Shown: positions 43,556-53,429 of the stretch, one piece after another | Layout: each line of letters opens with the position of its first letter | Position numbering within the stretch: the stretch's first letter is position 1 | Assembly: GCA_036480375.1 (NCBI GenBank) | Contig: JAZGGI010000021.1 | Span: 10,083-74,082, forward strand | Origin: Candidatus Zixiibacteriota bacterium | Lineage (GTDB): Bacteria; Zixibacteria; MSB-5A5; GN15; JAAZOE01 | Direction: 5' to 3' | Length of the DNA stretch: 64,000 nt | Notes under the pieces: generated by a model | Seen by the model: the letters and a program-made list of their open reading frames with translations, nothing else | Databases searched by the model: none | What the model was told of the DNA's origin: nothing | Position numbers and translations under genes: made by a program

Positions 43556-44920
43556 ATGTCCGATAAAATAACATTCACCAACAAACAGGGCGAAAACGCT
43601 TCGGAAATTTTCGCTCAGGTCAAAGAGCTCTCGATTTCAATTAATCAACCCCTGCCGTTCATTATAGAAAAAGAAATTTCCCCTTTGGATATTCGGGCGC
43701 GGCTCAAGGATTTCGGACGGGGCGAAAAGTTTTACTTTCGAACCAGAGATAATCGAAACGAACTGGGAGCATTTAGGGCGGCGTTTTCCGCTTCACCCGA
43801 AAAGGCCGAAGAGATATTAAAGCTGTCACCTCAGGATAATTTATTCTTCTTGATTGCATTACGATTTACAAAATCCAAAAAAAAGGATGACGTCTGGGAT
43901 GAATTTCCCGATGGATTGTGTTTCGTGCCTGAAATCATGATCCGGCGGCTGGATAATAAATATGTGATGCAATACTGCATGGTGATTGATTCTAAGATCG
44001 AGCCGGAAGAACTAAATAAGTATGGAAAAAATTATGAAGATTTGTCTGCGACGGAAAAATCGTCGCATTCGGATAATGTACCTGACTTGGAGCATAACCA
44101 ATACCTGCCGGATAAGGAGGCATGGAACCGAATTATTTCAAAATGCCTGAACGCTATTAACGCCGGTGATTTGAAAAAAATCGTCATGTCCCGCCGGATC
44201 GACTATCGAGCCGTTTCTCCGATAAACCCGTTTGACCTGTTGATTTCGCTCGACAACAACCAGAAAAATAATTACGCCATGCTCTATCAGGGTAAAAATG
44301 GTAAATCGTTTATCTCCATTTCGCCGGAAAGACTCTACCGCAGGGAAAACGAAAAAATTTCTGTCGATGCGCTTTCATCAACTGTCGATCGTGGAGAAAC
44401 CGCGGAAGACGACGCAAAACTCGAAAGACTCTTATTCGATGATGCCAAACTCCAACGTGAACATCAGGCAGTAATCGATGGGGTTGAAAAAAGCCTTGCC
44501 GCGCTTTGCAATCATCCGATAAAAATAGATCCTCCAAAAGTATTAAAGCTATCTCGCATTCAGCATTTATTAGCGCGAATTACAGGTCAATTGAAAAATG
44601 ATGTCGGCGACCGAAAAATCATTGAGACTCTTCCCCCCACGCCCGCCGTGGGAGGAACGCCGCGGGAAGTTGCCGCCGATATGATTTCACAACTGGAGCC
44701 GTTTGACCGAGGGTGGTACGCCGGGCCGATCGGTTATTGGGGAAAGCACGAATCCGAAATCATGGTCGGTATCAGATCGATGGCGATCGAAGGCGAACGT
44801 GCACATGTATATGTTGGATCGGGAATTGTCGAGGGTTCCAATCCGGATGGTGAGTGGCGGGAAACCGAAAGTAAGAATGTGATGAATTCTTTAATCGCGC
44901 GAACCGATGTAAAGATTTGA
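43556..44920 (+). CDS. menF: Isochorismate synthase
   Basis: The chorismate-binding C-terminal domain has SPERLY, PTPAVGGTPR, DRGWYAGPIGY and GSGIV, in a men cluster context. Confidence 0.85.
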   Translation: MSDKITFTNKQGENASEIFAQVKELSISINQPLPFIIEKEISPLDIRARLKDFGRGEKFYFRTRDNRNELGAFRAAFSASPEKAEEILKLSPQDNLFFLIALRFTKSKKKDDVWDEFPDGLCFVPEIMIRRLDNKYVMQYCMVIDSKIEPEELNKYGKNYEDLSATEKSSHSDNVPDLEHNQYLPDKEAWNRIISKCLNAINAGDLKKIVMSRRIDYRAVSPINPFDLLISLDNNQKNNYAMLYQGKNGKSFISISPERLYRRENEKISVDALSSTVDRGETAEDDAKLERLLFDDAKLQREHQAVIDGVEKSLAALCNHPIKIDPPKVLKLSRIQHLLARITGQLKNDVGDRKIIETLPPTPAVGGTPREVAADMISQLEPFDRGWYAGPIGYWGKHESEIMVGIRSMAIEGERAHVYVGSGIVEGSNPDGEWRETESKNVMNSLIARTDVKI

Positions 44921-46686
44921 AAATTCCGAATATAAATGTTTTTCAGGCTCATTTGGTTATTGATCATCTGGTCAATGAAGGGGTTGAGCTTTTTATAATT
45001 TCACCGGGATCAAGGTCCGCGCCTCTCGTTACGGCCTCATCTGAGCATCCCAATGTGTCTACCAAAATAATAATTGATGAACGGGCCGCCGCTTACTTCG
45101 CGGTCGGTTATGCTCGTTCATTCGGGCGCGCCGCTGGATTGATATGCACCTCCGGGACAGCCGCCGCCAATTATTTCCCGGCGATTATAGAAGCTTATCA
45201 ATCACGCCTGCCGCTATTTGTTCTCACCGCCGACCGCCCGGAGGAATTGCAGGGACGCGGCGCCAATCAAACCATAAATCAGTTTGATCTGTATGGCGAG
45301 TACGCGTGTTCAGTAACGTTTCCCGCGCCGGATGCTTCTTTTAATGCAGAAGAGACACTTAATAAATTAGACAATGCGATAAAGAAAACCTGGGATAAAA
45401 GTAATACAATCGCCGGTCCGGTTCATCTGAACCTTCGCTTTAGAGAACCATTGGCGCCGGTTGTCGAGAAATTTGACGAAGATAAATTATGTCATCAGAC
45501 GGACAACTGGTATCAGGAAAAACTCCGCAATGAATCGGTTATTGAAAATGATAATCAAGTCGGTATTGATGACGCGCAGTTACTTATTGAAGGATGTCGG
45601 AACGGCCTCATCATTGCCGGGCCGGAAACGAGACATCGTAAGGCGACGTCAATAGGCAAATTATCGCAAAAACTCCGCTGGCCGATTATAACCGATATTC
45701 TCTCGCAGTTCCGGTTTACGTCTCAGGAAATCGCCGGTTACCCGGTGGGTTTATATGACCTTTACATCGATATTGACAACTTGACCGAAAAACTCAAACC
45801 GGAAGGCATCATTCAGGTCGGAGGACTGCCAACTTCAAAAAGACTCAATCAGTTTTTGAATTTAATCAAAGGCATTCCGATAATCAAGATTCAGAGCCAT
45901 GACAACATTATTGATCCCGATCATATCCATACCCATACTATTCATTTACAGGAAGACGAAGCAATGAGGCAACTTGACTCATTACTTCAGCCAAACGAAG
46001 AAAAGACCTTTCTGGATAGATGGCTGCGATTGGAATATTTATGCCGTACCGGTCTCGAAGAATACGCACGCGGCGACTGCCTCAATGAAATAACGATTTA
46101 CAAAGAAATCAGTGATTTAATCCCGGCCCGGGACGCTCTCTTTTTGTCCAGCAGTATGCCCGTCCGCGATGCCGATAGCTTTGTTCCGGTTACCCGAAAA
46201 GGTGTCACCGTTGGATGTAATCGAGGCGTCAGTGGAATCGATGGCGTCATTTCTTCGGCCTGCGGATTCGCCAAAGGGTGCAATCGTCCAACGACTCTGA
46301 TAATAGGCGATCTGGCCTGCATGCATGATTTGACTTCACTAAAAATAATAAGCGAATCAGCCAATCCCGTCATTGTAATAATTATAAATAACAACGGCGG
46401 AGGAATCTTTCATTTTCTTCCGATTGCCGAGTATGATGAAATCTTTGAGAAGTATTTCGCGGCACCGCAGAATATATCCTTTGAATCGACCGCCGGCATG
46501 TACGGATTGCCTTATTACAACCCAAAATCCATAACCGAATTCGGAAGCGCCTATCATGAATTGAAAAGCGATAATAAATTCGGCATGATCGAAATCACAA
46601 TCGATCGTCGGGACAATTATAAAAAGCATGAACATATCCGTGAAATAATCAGGCAGAAAATAACTAATTCAGAATTATCAGCATGA
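44917..46686 (+). CDS. menD: 2-succinyl-5-enolpyruvyl-6-hydroxy-3-cyclohexene-1-carboxylate (SEPHCHC) synthase
   Basis: ThDP enzyme with ISPGSRSAPL, TSGTAAANYFPAIIEA, LTADRP and GDLACMHD...NNNGGGIF. Its TTG start overlaps the menF stop. Confidence 0.92.
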   Translation: MKIPNINVFQAHLVIDHLVNEGVELFIISPGSRSAPLVTASSEHPNVSTKIIIDERAAAYFAVGYARSFGRAAGLICTSGTAAANYFPAIIEAYQSRLPLFVLTADRPEELQGRGANQTINQFDLYGEYACSVTFPAPDASFNAEETLNKLDNAIKKTWDKSNTIAGPVHLNLRFREPLAPVVEKFDEDKLCHQTDNWYQEKLRNESVIENDNQVGIDDAQLLIEGCRNGLIIAGPETRHRKATSIGKLSQKLRWPIITDILSQFRFTSQEIAGYPVGLYDLYIDIDNLTEKLKPEGIIQVGGLPTSKRLNQFLNLIKGIPIIKIQSHDNIIDPDHIHTHTIHLQEDEAMRQLDSLLQPNEEKTFLDRWLRLEYLCRTGLEEYARGDCLNEITIYKEISDLIPARDALFLSSSMPVRDADSFVPVTRKGVTVGCNRGVSGIDGVISSACGFAKGCNRPTTLIIGDLACMHDLTSLKIISESANPVIVIIINNNGGGIFHFLPIAEYDEIFEKYFAAPQNISFESTAGMYGLPYYNPKSITEFGSAYHELKSDNKFGMIEITIDRRDNYKKHEHIREIIRQKITNSELSA

Positions 46687-47489
46687 CAGAATTAATAAAA
46701 AATTGGAATTTTGTTACATCCGGTAAATCCGATAAACAGCCAATTTTATTTCTGCACGGCTTTATGGGCAACGCCAATATCTGGCGAAATACAATCGCGA
46801 ATCTGGACAATGATTTTTTCTGCGTCGCAATCGATTTACCCGGTCATGGTCAAACCAGGGCCGATTTGGAATATCTGAAGTTTGAAAATCTGGCAGATGG
46901 ACTACACAATTTTGTTAACACCCAATTTACCAAAGAATCGATTCTCGTCGGTTATTCGATGGGAGGGAGAATCGCCTTATATACCGCCCTGAAATATCCT
47001 GATACATTCAAAGCTCTCGTCCTCGAATCATCGTCTCCCGGAATTGAGGATGAAGAAGAACGAAAAACTCGTCTTATGCGTGATGAAAAAGATTCGGCCA
47101 AAATGAAATCAACCGATATGCGGTCCTTCCTGACCGAATGGTATCGGATGCCGGTATTTGATTATCTGAATGACTTTCCCGACCTCAAAGAAAAAATTAT
47201 AAATAAAAAATCGTCAAATGATCCTCAGGCTTTAGCGGAAGTTATTGTCAAATTGTCCCCCGGCACCCAACCATCGCAATGGAGTAATCTAAACCAGTGG
47301 ACAAAACCGATTCTCATCATTGCTGGTGAAAAGGATCAAAAATATTGCCATATCGGCAAGAAAATGCACGCCGGTTTGGCTAATTCGCGCCTTGAAATTA
47401 TCCCCAACGCGGGACATATTGTCCATCTCGAAAATCATAAAGATTTCATGACGGTCTTGAAATCTTTCCTCGCATCGTATATCTTGTAG
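46683..47489 (+). CDS. menH: SHCHC synthase (alpha/beta hydrolase MenH)
   Basis: LHGFMGN, the nucleophile elbow GYSMGGR and the C-terminal AGHIVHLE are present. The gene sits between menD and menB. Confidence 0.8.
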   Translation: MTELIKNWNFVTSGKSDKQPILFLHGFMGNANIWRNTIANLDNDFFCVAIDLPGHGQTRADLEYLKFENLADGLHNFVNTQFTKESILVGYSMGGRIALYTALKYPDTFKALVLESSSPGIEDEEERKTRLMRDEKDSAKMKSTDMRSFLTEWYRMPVFDYLNDFPDLKEKIINKKSSNDPQALAEVIVKLSPGTQPSQWSNLNQWTKPILIIAGEKDQKYCHIGKKMHAGLANSRLEIIPNAGHIVHLENHKDFMTVLKSFLASYIL

Positions 47490-47520
47490 TTCTCGATACA
47501 CAACACAAAAGGAGATTACC

Positions 47521-48342
47521 GTGTCAGAAGTCAAATGGCAAAAAGCCGGAGAATATAAAGATATCTTTTATCACAAAGCCGAAGGGATCGCAAAAATAAC
47601 CATCAATCGTCCCGGTGTGCGCAACGCCTTCAGACCCCTGACGGTATTCGAGATGTCCCAGGCGATGGCCGACGCCCGCGACGACAGCGATATCGGGGTG
47701 GTCATCCTGACCGGCGAAGGCAAAGACGCTTTTTGTTCCGGAGGCGATCAAAAAATTCGGGGCGACGCCGGATATGTCGATGATGAGGGCGTTCACCGCC
47801 TTAACGTCCTCGATTTTCAACGGCAGATTCGCACCCTCCCCAAACCGGTCATCGCGATGGTGGCGGGATACGCTATCGGCGGAGGACATGTCCTGCATCT
47901 CATATGCGATCTGACGATTGCCGCCGACAACGCCCAATTCGGCCAGACCGGTCCTAAAGTCGGATCTTTCGACGGCGGATATGGAGCCAGCTACATGGCC
48001 CGTATTGTCGGTCAGAAAAAAGCCCGGGAAATATGGTTTCTCTGTCGCCAGTATGATGCCCAGCAGGCTCTGGAAATGGGACTGGTCAATAGCGTCGTGC
48101 CGTATGATAAACTGGAGGAAGAAACAGTCAAATGGTGCAAGGAAATTCTGGCCAACAGCCCCATGGCTATTCGCTGCCTTAAGGCGGCTCTCAATGCCGA
48201 CTGCGACGGTCAGGCGGGACTTCAGGAACTGGCCGGAAACGCGACCATGCTTTTCTATATGACCGAGGAGGGTCAGGAAGGTCGCAATGCTTTTAACGAA
48301 AAACGGAAACCGGACTTTTCCAAATTTCCAAGAAAACCGTAG
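47521..48342 (+). CDS. menB: 1,4-dihydroxy-2-naphthoyl-CoA synthase
   Basis: Crotonase fold with [28 protein letters not shown] and [12 protein letters not shown]. It uses a GTG start. Confidence 0.95.
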   Translation: MSEVKWQKAGEYKDIFYHKAEGIAKITINRPGVRNAFRPLTVFEMSQAMADARDDSDIGVVILTGEGKDAFCSGGDQKIRGDAGYVDDEGVHRLNVLDFQRQIRTLPKPVIAMVAGYAIGGGHVLHLICDLTIAADNAQFGQTGPKVGSFDGGYGASYMARIVGQKKAREIWFLCRQYDAQQALEMGLVNSVVPYDKLEEETVKWCKEILANSPMAIRCLKAALNADCDGQAGLQELAGNATMLFYMTEEGQEGRNAFNEKRKPDFSKFPRKP

Positions 48343-48348
48343 GATGTA

Positions 48349-49248
48349 TTGCGGTATCACATGACTGGTCAATCATCATTCCATATCTGGCTATTGGCCG
48401 CGCGTCCCAAGACGCTTCCGGCCGGGATTGTTCCGGTTTTGGTCGGCGGAGTGATTGCTTATAGTCATAATGGTTTTGCGTTATTACCTTTTCTTGCGGC
48501 TTTGTTTGGCTCGATCATGATTCAAATCGGGACCAACTTCGCCAACGACTTATTCGACTTCAAAAAACAAACCGACCGGGAAGACCGTATCGGGCCTCTG
48601 CGAGTGACTCAAGCCGGACTGGTGACGCCCAAACAAACGGCCATGGCTACGGCGATTGCGTTTGGGCTGGCGACCTTGGCAGGGATTTATCTCGTCTATA
48701 TCGGAGGATGGCCGATTGTCATAATCGGCACTGCGTCAATCCTGTGCGGAATACTCTATACCGCCGGGCCTTATGCCCTGGGATATCTGGGGCTGGGCGA
48801 AATATTCGTATTAGTTTTTTACGGCCCTGTTGCCCTGGCCGGAACTTATTATGTGCAAACTCTTAAGTGCCCAACCGAAGTTATCATCGCCGGATTGCCG
48901 TTCGGTATGATTTCGACCGCGATTCTGATCGTCAATAATCTGCGAGATATCGAGACCGACAAAAAAAGCGGCAAAAATACTCTGGCTGTTCGGTTCGGCC
49001 CAACATTCGCTCGCATTGAGTATGCCGTCATGATCGCCGGGGCCGGAGTCATTCCGCCTCTCATGACGATAATGGAATTCGGCAATAAATTCCTGTACGT
49101 CACGATTGCCTATCTTCTTTTCGCTCCCGGCGCTGTACGGGCCGTATTTTCCAGTAATGACGGTGAAAGGCTCAACGCGACCCTGGCGGCGACGGGACGA
49201 TTGCTTATTATCTACGGCATCTGTTTCAGTATCGGATGGCTGTTATGA
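48349..49248 (+). CDS. menA: 1,4-dihydroxy-2-naphthoate polyprenyltransferase
   Basis: UbiA-family polytopic protein with NDLFDFKKQTD and NNLRDIETD Asp-rich motifs. The true start may be the ATG at 48361. Confidence 0.9.
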   Translation: MRYHMTGQSSFHIWLLAARPKTLPAGIVPVLVGGVIAYSHNGFALLPFLAALFGSIMIQIGTNFANDLFDFKKQTDREDRIGPLRVTQAGLVTPKQTAMATAIAFGLATLAGIYLVYIGGWPIVIIGTASILCGILYTAGPYALGYLGLGEIFVLVFYGPVALAGTYYVQTLKCPTEVIIAGLPFGMISTAILIVNNLRDIETDKKSGKNTLAVRFGPTFARIEYAVMIAGAGVIPPLMTIMEFGNKFLYVTIAYLLFAPGAVRAVFSSNDGERLNATLAATGRLLIIYGICFSIGWLL

Positions 49249-50312
49249 AAATCGCGTCTTACAAAATTAAAAAATATTCGCGTAAATTTGTTGAGCCGTT
49301 CGTAACTTCAAAAGGAACCCATACTCATCGCGAAGGCGTTATAATCTCTATCAAAACGGCTGAAGGTAATATCGGATATGGCGAAGCGGCTCCATTACCG
49401 GATTATTCTTCAACAGGTCTGACATCCATTGAAAAAATGCTGAATGAAATCATGCGGCAATTGCCGGGCGTGGAAATCCCAAACGACCTGCCGTCGATTT
49501 CGGGTTACATCGCTCAAATTTGTAATAGCAACTCCATCTGCCGTTTCGCTTTGGAATCAACCCTATGCGATGCGGCGTCGCGGGAGAAGGAATTACCCCT
49601 CAATAAATGGCTGAATCCGGATGCCCAATCCCGAGTCCCGGTTAACTATCTAATCGGAAAAGAAATTGAGAATTGGGATGAAATGGCGACGGAGATTAAA
49701 GAAGGCGGCTATCAGGCAGTCAAAATCAAGGTAGGGGGCGATCCTTACAAAGATATCGACCGCGTAAAAAAAATCCGTGGCGATCTGAAAAGCGATATCG
49801 CCATCCGTCTTGACGCCAATCAGGGCTGGACATACAATCAGGCACTTTATGTACTTAATCAATTGCGAAATGAGAATATTGACCATGTTGAAGAACCAAT
49901 CGGAAATCCCGACGCCGATAAAATAAGAACCCTGGGCGAAGAGACCGATTGCCCTATCGCTCTCGATGAAAGCCTGTTTTCGGTTTTCGATCCCAGAAAC
50001 GCCATCAGGGAAAAAATATGCGATGTTATCATTCTCAAAGCGTCGCAGATTGGCAGCTTTGCCGGCATTCTCGATCTTTGCAATCTCGCCCGTCTCTACA
50101 ATCGACGCATAGTTTTAACCTCGACCCTTGAAAGCGAAATCGGCATTGCGGCTCAACTTCATCTCGCTTCGCTTCTCGGCGAAAATATTCCTCCATGCGG
50201 ATTTGACACCTTGAGGTTGTTCGAAAACGCTGACCCGGATTTGAGCCGGGTGCAGGATGGATACATTAACCTTTCATCCGGAAACGGAATCGGATATGTC
50301 GGAACAGATTGA
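49236..50312 (+). CDS. menC: o-succinylbenzoate synthase (enolase superfamily)
   Basis: KIKVG, RLDANQGW, VEEP, ALDES and ILKASQIG follow the MR/MLE subgroup metal-ligand pattern, in men context. Confidence 0.8.
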   Translation: MAVMKIASYKIKKYSRKFVEPFVTSKGTHTHREGVIISIKTAEGNIGYGEAAPLPDYSSTGLTSIEKMLNEIMRQLPGVEIPNDLPSISGYIAQICNSNSICRFALESTLCDAASREKELPLNKWLNPDAQSRVPVNYLIGKEIENWDEMATEIKEGGYQAVKIKVGGDPYKDIDRVKKIRGDLKSDIAIRLDANQGWTYNQALYVLNQLRNENIDHVEEPIGNPDADKIRTLGEETDCPIALDESLFSVFDPRNAIREKICDVIILKASQIGSFAGILDLCNLARLYNRRIVLTSTLESEIGIAAQLHLASLLGENIPPCGFDTLRLFENADPDLSRVQDGYINLSSGNGIGYVGTD

Positions 50313-51723
50313 ATGCCCGATTAAGAAAGCCGCCGAATCGAATCCGAACGCGATCGCTCTTTCCGATTCCAACAGTTCTGTAACCTACAAACAATTATAT
50401 AAACTGATTCAAAATACCCGAGCTTATTTGTTCGACAAAAATATAGGCCCCGGCGATACGGTTGCCTGCCTTGCTCGGAATTCAATTGAGCAGGCAATAT
50501 TTTTCTGGGCATGTTTTAAATCCGGAATTATATTTTTGCCTTTAAACTGGCGACTGACAAGGGCGCAGTTAAATAATCAACTCGAAAAAATAAATTGCCG
50601 CTTGCTTTTATTTGATAAGGGATTTGCGGGTATAAATTTGTCATGCGAAAAATCAACTGATATATCCCAAATTCATTCGGAAAAGATTTCCAACTCTTTC
50701 AATGAAAGCGATAACGCGATTGACCTTAATCGGGAAGTTTTGATTGTATTCAGCGCCGGGACGACATCCGAGGCTAAAGGTGTCGTTCTGACCGCGAAAA
50801 ATCTTTATTTCAGCGCTCTGGGATTGCTCGAAAGATTTCCGCTGGAAAAGTCAGATTGCTGGCTTGCGGCCTTGCCGTTTTTTCACGTCGGCGGCATCTC
50901 GATTCTGATGCGTACGGCTATGGCCCGATGTTCGACTTATATAATGCCGTCATTCCAGCCTGATGAGATAATTGAATTATGCAGGCGTCGAAAAATCATC
51001 CTTTCAGTCGTTCCCACGATGATGTCCGATTTAATAAGACTCGATACCGAAAATTGTTTGAAAAATGCCCGGGCGATTATAATGGGAGGAGCCGGAGCCA
51101 GCCAGAGATTAATTGATAAGATCAAATCCCTGGGCCTGCCGGTTTTGACCACCTACGGCATGACGGAAACTTCGTCTATGATAACTTTACTTTCCTCCGA
51201 AGATTCACAGAATAAACCGCATACGGCCGGAAAAATCCTGCCTTATCGTGAGATTAGAATTTCCAGGGATAGCCATATTCAGGTCAAAGGGAAAACTCTA
51301 TTTGCCGGATTCACTGATAATTCCGAAATAAACCTTTCCGATGATGGCTGGTTTGATACGGCCGATATCGGTGAGATTGACGAAAACGGTTTCTTACACG
51401 TCATGGGGCGATCGGATGACATGATAATTTCGGGCGGCGAAAATATTTCATTATCAGAAATCGAAAACGCCTTGCTTGAAATCGATTTCGTCAAGGCAGC
51501 AGCCGTAATTAAACATGACCATGAGAAATGGGGGCAATATCCGGTAGCTTTAGTTGAAGTATCATCGCCAAATGAGGGCTGGGAAGATATAAAAGAAGCC
51601 CTCTCCCCAAAAATACCCGGATTTATGATGCCCCGGGAAATTCATATTTTAAACGCGATACCTCTGAATGCGGTTGGTAAAATCGATAGAAATAAACTCA
51701 GCCGAATGCTCAAAAAATATTAA
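50257..51723 (+). CDS. menE: o-succinylbenzoate-CoA ligase
   Basis: Adenylate-forming enzyme with FSAGTTSEAKGV, TYGMTET, GWFDTADIG and GRSDDMIISGGENI. The true start is probably the MSEQIE Met near 50296. Confidence 0.85.
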   Translation: MDTLTFHPETESDMSEQIECPIKKAAESNPNAIALSDSNSSVTYKQLYKLIQNTRAYLFDKNIGPGDTVACLARNSIEQAIFFWACFKSGIIFLPLNWRLTRAQLNNQLEKINCRLLLFDKGFAGINLSCEKSTDISQIHSEKISNSFNESDNAIDLNREVLIVFSAGTTSEAKGVVLTAKNLYFSALGLLERFPLEKSDCWLAALPFFHVGGISILMRTAMARCSTYIMPSFQPDEIIELCRRRKIILSVVPTMMSDLIRLDTENCLKNARAIIMGGAGASQRLIDKIKSLGLPVLTTYGMTETSSMITLLSSEDSQNKPHTAGKILPYREIRISRDSHIQVKGKTLFAGFTDNSEINLSDDGWFDTADIGEIDENGFLHVMGRSDDMIISGGENISLSEIENALLEIDFVKAAAVIKHDHEKWGQYPVALVEVSSPNEGWEDIKEALSPKIPGFMMPREIHILNAIPLNAVGKIDRNKLSRMLKKY

Positions 51724-51726
51724 GTA

Positions 51727-52140
51727 TTATTTACCCAAATAATTTTCCAACCCGGTGCGGAGTTTTTCGGGAATATCCATCTTTTGTTTTTTTACCGGAT
51801 CTATCGTAACATGCACCGTTTTTGCTGTTCCCACGACAATCCCATCTAAATTTGTGAGTCTGTATTCGAGTGTAAAAGACGTTTTTCCAATTTCAGACAC
51901 AACAAGCTCAATCTCGACAGTGTCGCCATCAGTCAGCATTTGCGTATAATCTGTCTCGGCGTGGACGATAGGGATAAAAAATTCCTTCTTTTCAAACATC
52001 TCAACAAAGGGAAATCCGATTGTCGCCAGGAATCTCTCATAAACGTCATGAACAATACGGAGTTGATTGGCAAAAAACAAAATTCCCGCCGCGTCAGTAT
52101 CGTGTAATTTAATGGTGTAATAATCCTTAATTGCGCTCAT
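51727..52140 (-). CDS. Hotdog-fold acyl-CoA thioesterase (4HBT/YbgC type); candidate DHNA-CoA thioesterase
   Basis: 137-aa ORF with the HDTDAAGILFFANQLRIVHD catalytic-Asp region typical of 4HBT-class thioesterases. It is convergent with menE, 3 nt away. Confidence 0.65.
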   Translation of the reverse strand: MSAIKDYYTIKLHDTDAAGILFFANQLRIVHDVYERFLATIGFPFVEMFEKKEFFIPIVHAETDYTQMLTDGDTVEIELVVSEIGKTSFTLEYRLTNLDGIVVGTAKTVHVTIDPVKKQKMDIPEKLRTGLENYLGK

Positions 52141-52277
52141 AATGTAATTCTCGCCTCAAAATAATAAAAATCGGCCCAATCATTATATAAACGGGCTTGC
52201 CTTGAAAAATCAAAGTTAAAAATCGAGCCTCTTGACAATTAGCCTGTTATATTGTATCTACGAATTACGAAAAATTA

Positions 52278-52895
52278 GTGCAAATTGGTATGGTTTATAT
52301 GGATAAAAAACAAGAATATTTTAATTCGATTGCGGAAGATTGGGATAAGGACTTTACGGCCGAGGATATTGAACGGCTGGTGCATATTATCGACAAAATA
52401 AATGTCACCAAAGGCGTTACCGTATGCGATATGGGTTGCGGTACCGGGGTTATGTTTGATATGCTCCGACGCCGGGTCGGCGAAGATGGATATATCGTCG
52501 GAGTTGATTTCGCTCCTCGCGTAGCGCATCGGGCCATGCAAAACTTTCCCTTCCATAATATCGGTGTTGTTGAAGCGTGTGCTGAAGCTTTACCATTCTA
52601 TAAAGATAATTTTGATCTGGTCATCTCATTCGCGGCTTTTGCTCATTTTAGGAAACAAGGTGAGTCTATTCACCAAGCTTACCATATTCTCAAGCCGGGC
52701 GGCCGCCTTGTCATAATTCATCTTTATGGTAGAGAAGAACTTGAACGGCAGCACCATGAAGTGGGCGGTCCGATAGATGACGATAAATTGCCCGACCGCG
52801 ATCATCTGGCCGAAATGTTTCAAAATAGTCATTTCGAGCGGTTTGAATTGACCGAAACGCAGAATCTATATCTGGCCATCGGATATAAGGATTAA
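52278..52895 (+). CDS. Class I SAM-dependent methyltransferase
   Basis: SAM-binding motif I is VCDMGCGTGV, with a downstream LKPGGRLVI. The likely start is MDKKQEYF (52299). Confidence 0.7.
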   Translation: MQIGMVYMDKKQEYFNSIAEDWDKDFTAEDIERLVHIIDKINVTKGVTVCDMGCGTGVMFDMLRRRVGEDGYIVGVDFAPRVAHRAMQNFPFHNIGVVEACAEALPFYKDNFDLVISFAAFAHFRKQGESIHQAYHILKPGGRLVIIHLYGREELERQHHEVGGPIDDDKLPDRDHLAEMFQNSHFERFELTETQNLYLAIGYKD

Positions 52896-53404
52896 TGCGT
52901 CCTTCGGCGAAATTTATCACGCAGACAGCGTTGTTTATTGCTCTGGGTATAGTTTTCCCTATAGTTTTTCATCAATTTGGTCTGGGCGGTCGAATATTTC
53001 TTCCCATGCACATTCCGGTCTTGCTGGCCGGAAGTATCTGCGGCATCTCCTCGGGTTTACTGGTCGGTATTATTTGCCCCGGCTTATCGTTTTTGCTGAC
53101 GGGAATGCCGCCTTCGTATGCCGTCCCTCTTATGACGGCCGAACTTGGATTTATCGGAATAACGGCCGGACTAATTTTTCACAAGTTTAAACTCAATATC
53201 TATATCGCTTTGATAGCGGCCTTGATCGTCGGTCGTCTTGGGTTCGCTCTGGCTCTGTTGGGACTGAGCCTTTTTCTTGATATGCCTTACGGACTCCCGG
53301 AATATTTCGGGGGAGCGGTAATCACCGGCATTCCCGGTATCGCCGTTCAATTGATTATTATTCCGCCGATAGTCGCGGCTATCAAACGGCGGGACGGTAA
53401 TTAG
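52895..53404 (+). CDS. Polytopic membrane protein, ECF-transporter S-component-like
   Basis: 169-aa ORF with ~5 TM helices. The N-terminus KFITQTALFIALGIVFPIVFH resembles ECF substrate-capture subunits. Its start overlaps the methyltransferase stop. Confidence 0.45.
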   Translation: MRPSAKFITQTALFIALGIVFPIVFHQFGLGGRIFLPMHIPVLLAGSICGISSGLLVGIICPGLSFLLTGMPPSYAVPLMTAELGFIGITAGLIFHKFKLNIYIALIAALIVGRLGFALALLGLSLFLDMPYGLPEYFGGAVITGIPGIAVQLIIIPPIVAAIKRRDGN

Positions 53405-53429
53405 TGATATCTGTAGTAATCTATCAATA

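Noticed and set aside
47524-48372. A 282-aa ORF on the minus strand covering the whole of menB.
   Set aside because: menB on the plus strand is unambiguous (crotonase motifs along its full length). The antisense frame has no recognisable motifs. Long antisense ORFs are a common by-product of GC-rich third-codon positions. The same applies to 1873-2595, 5519-6184 and 58661-59197.
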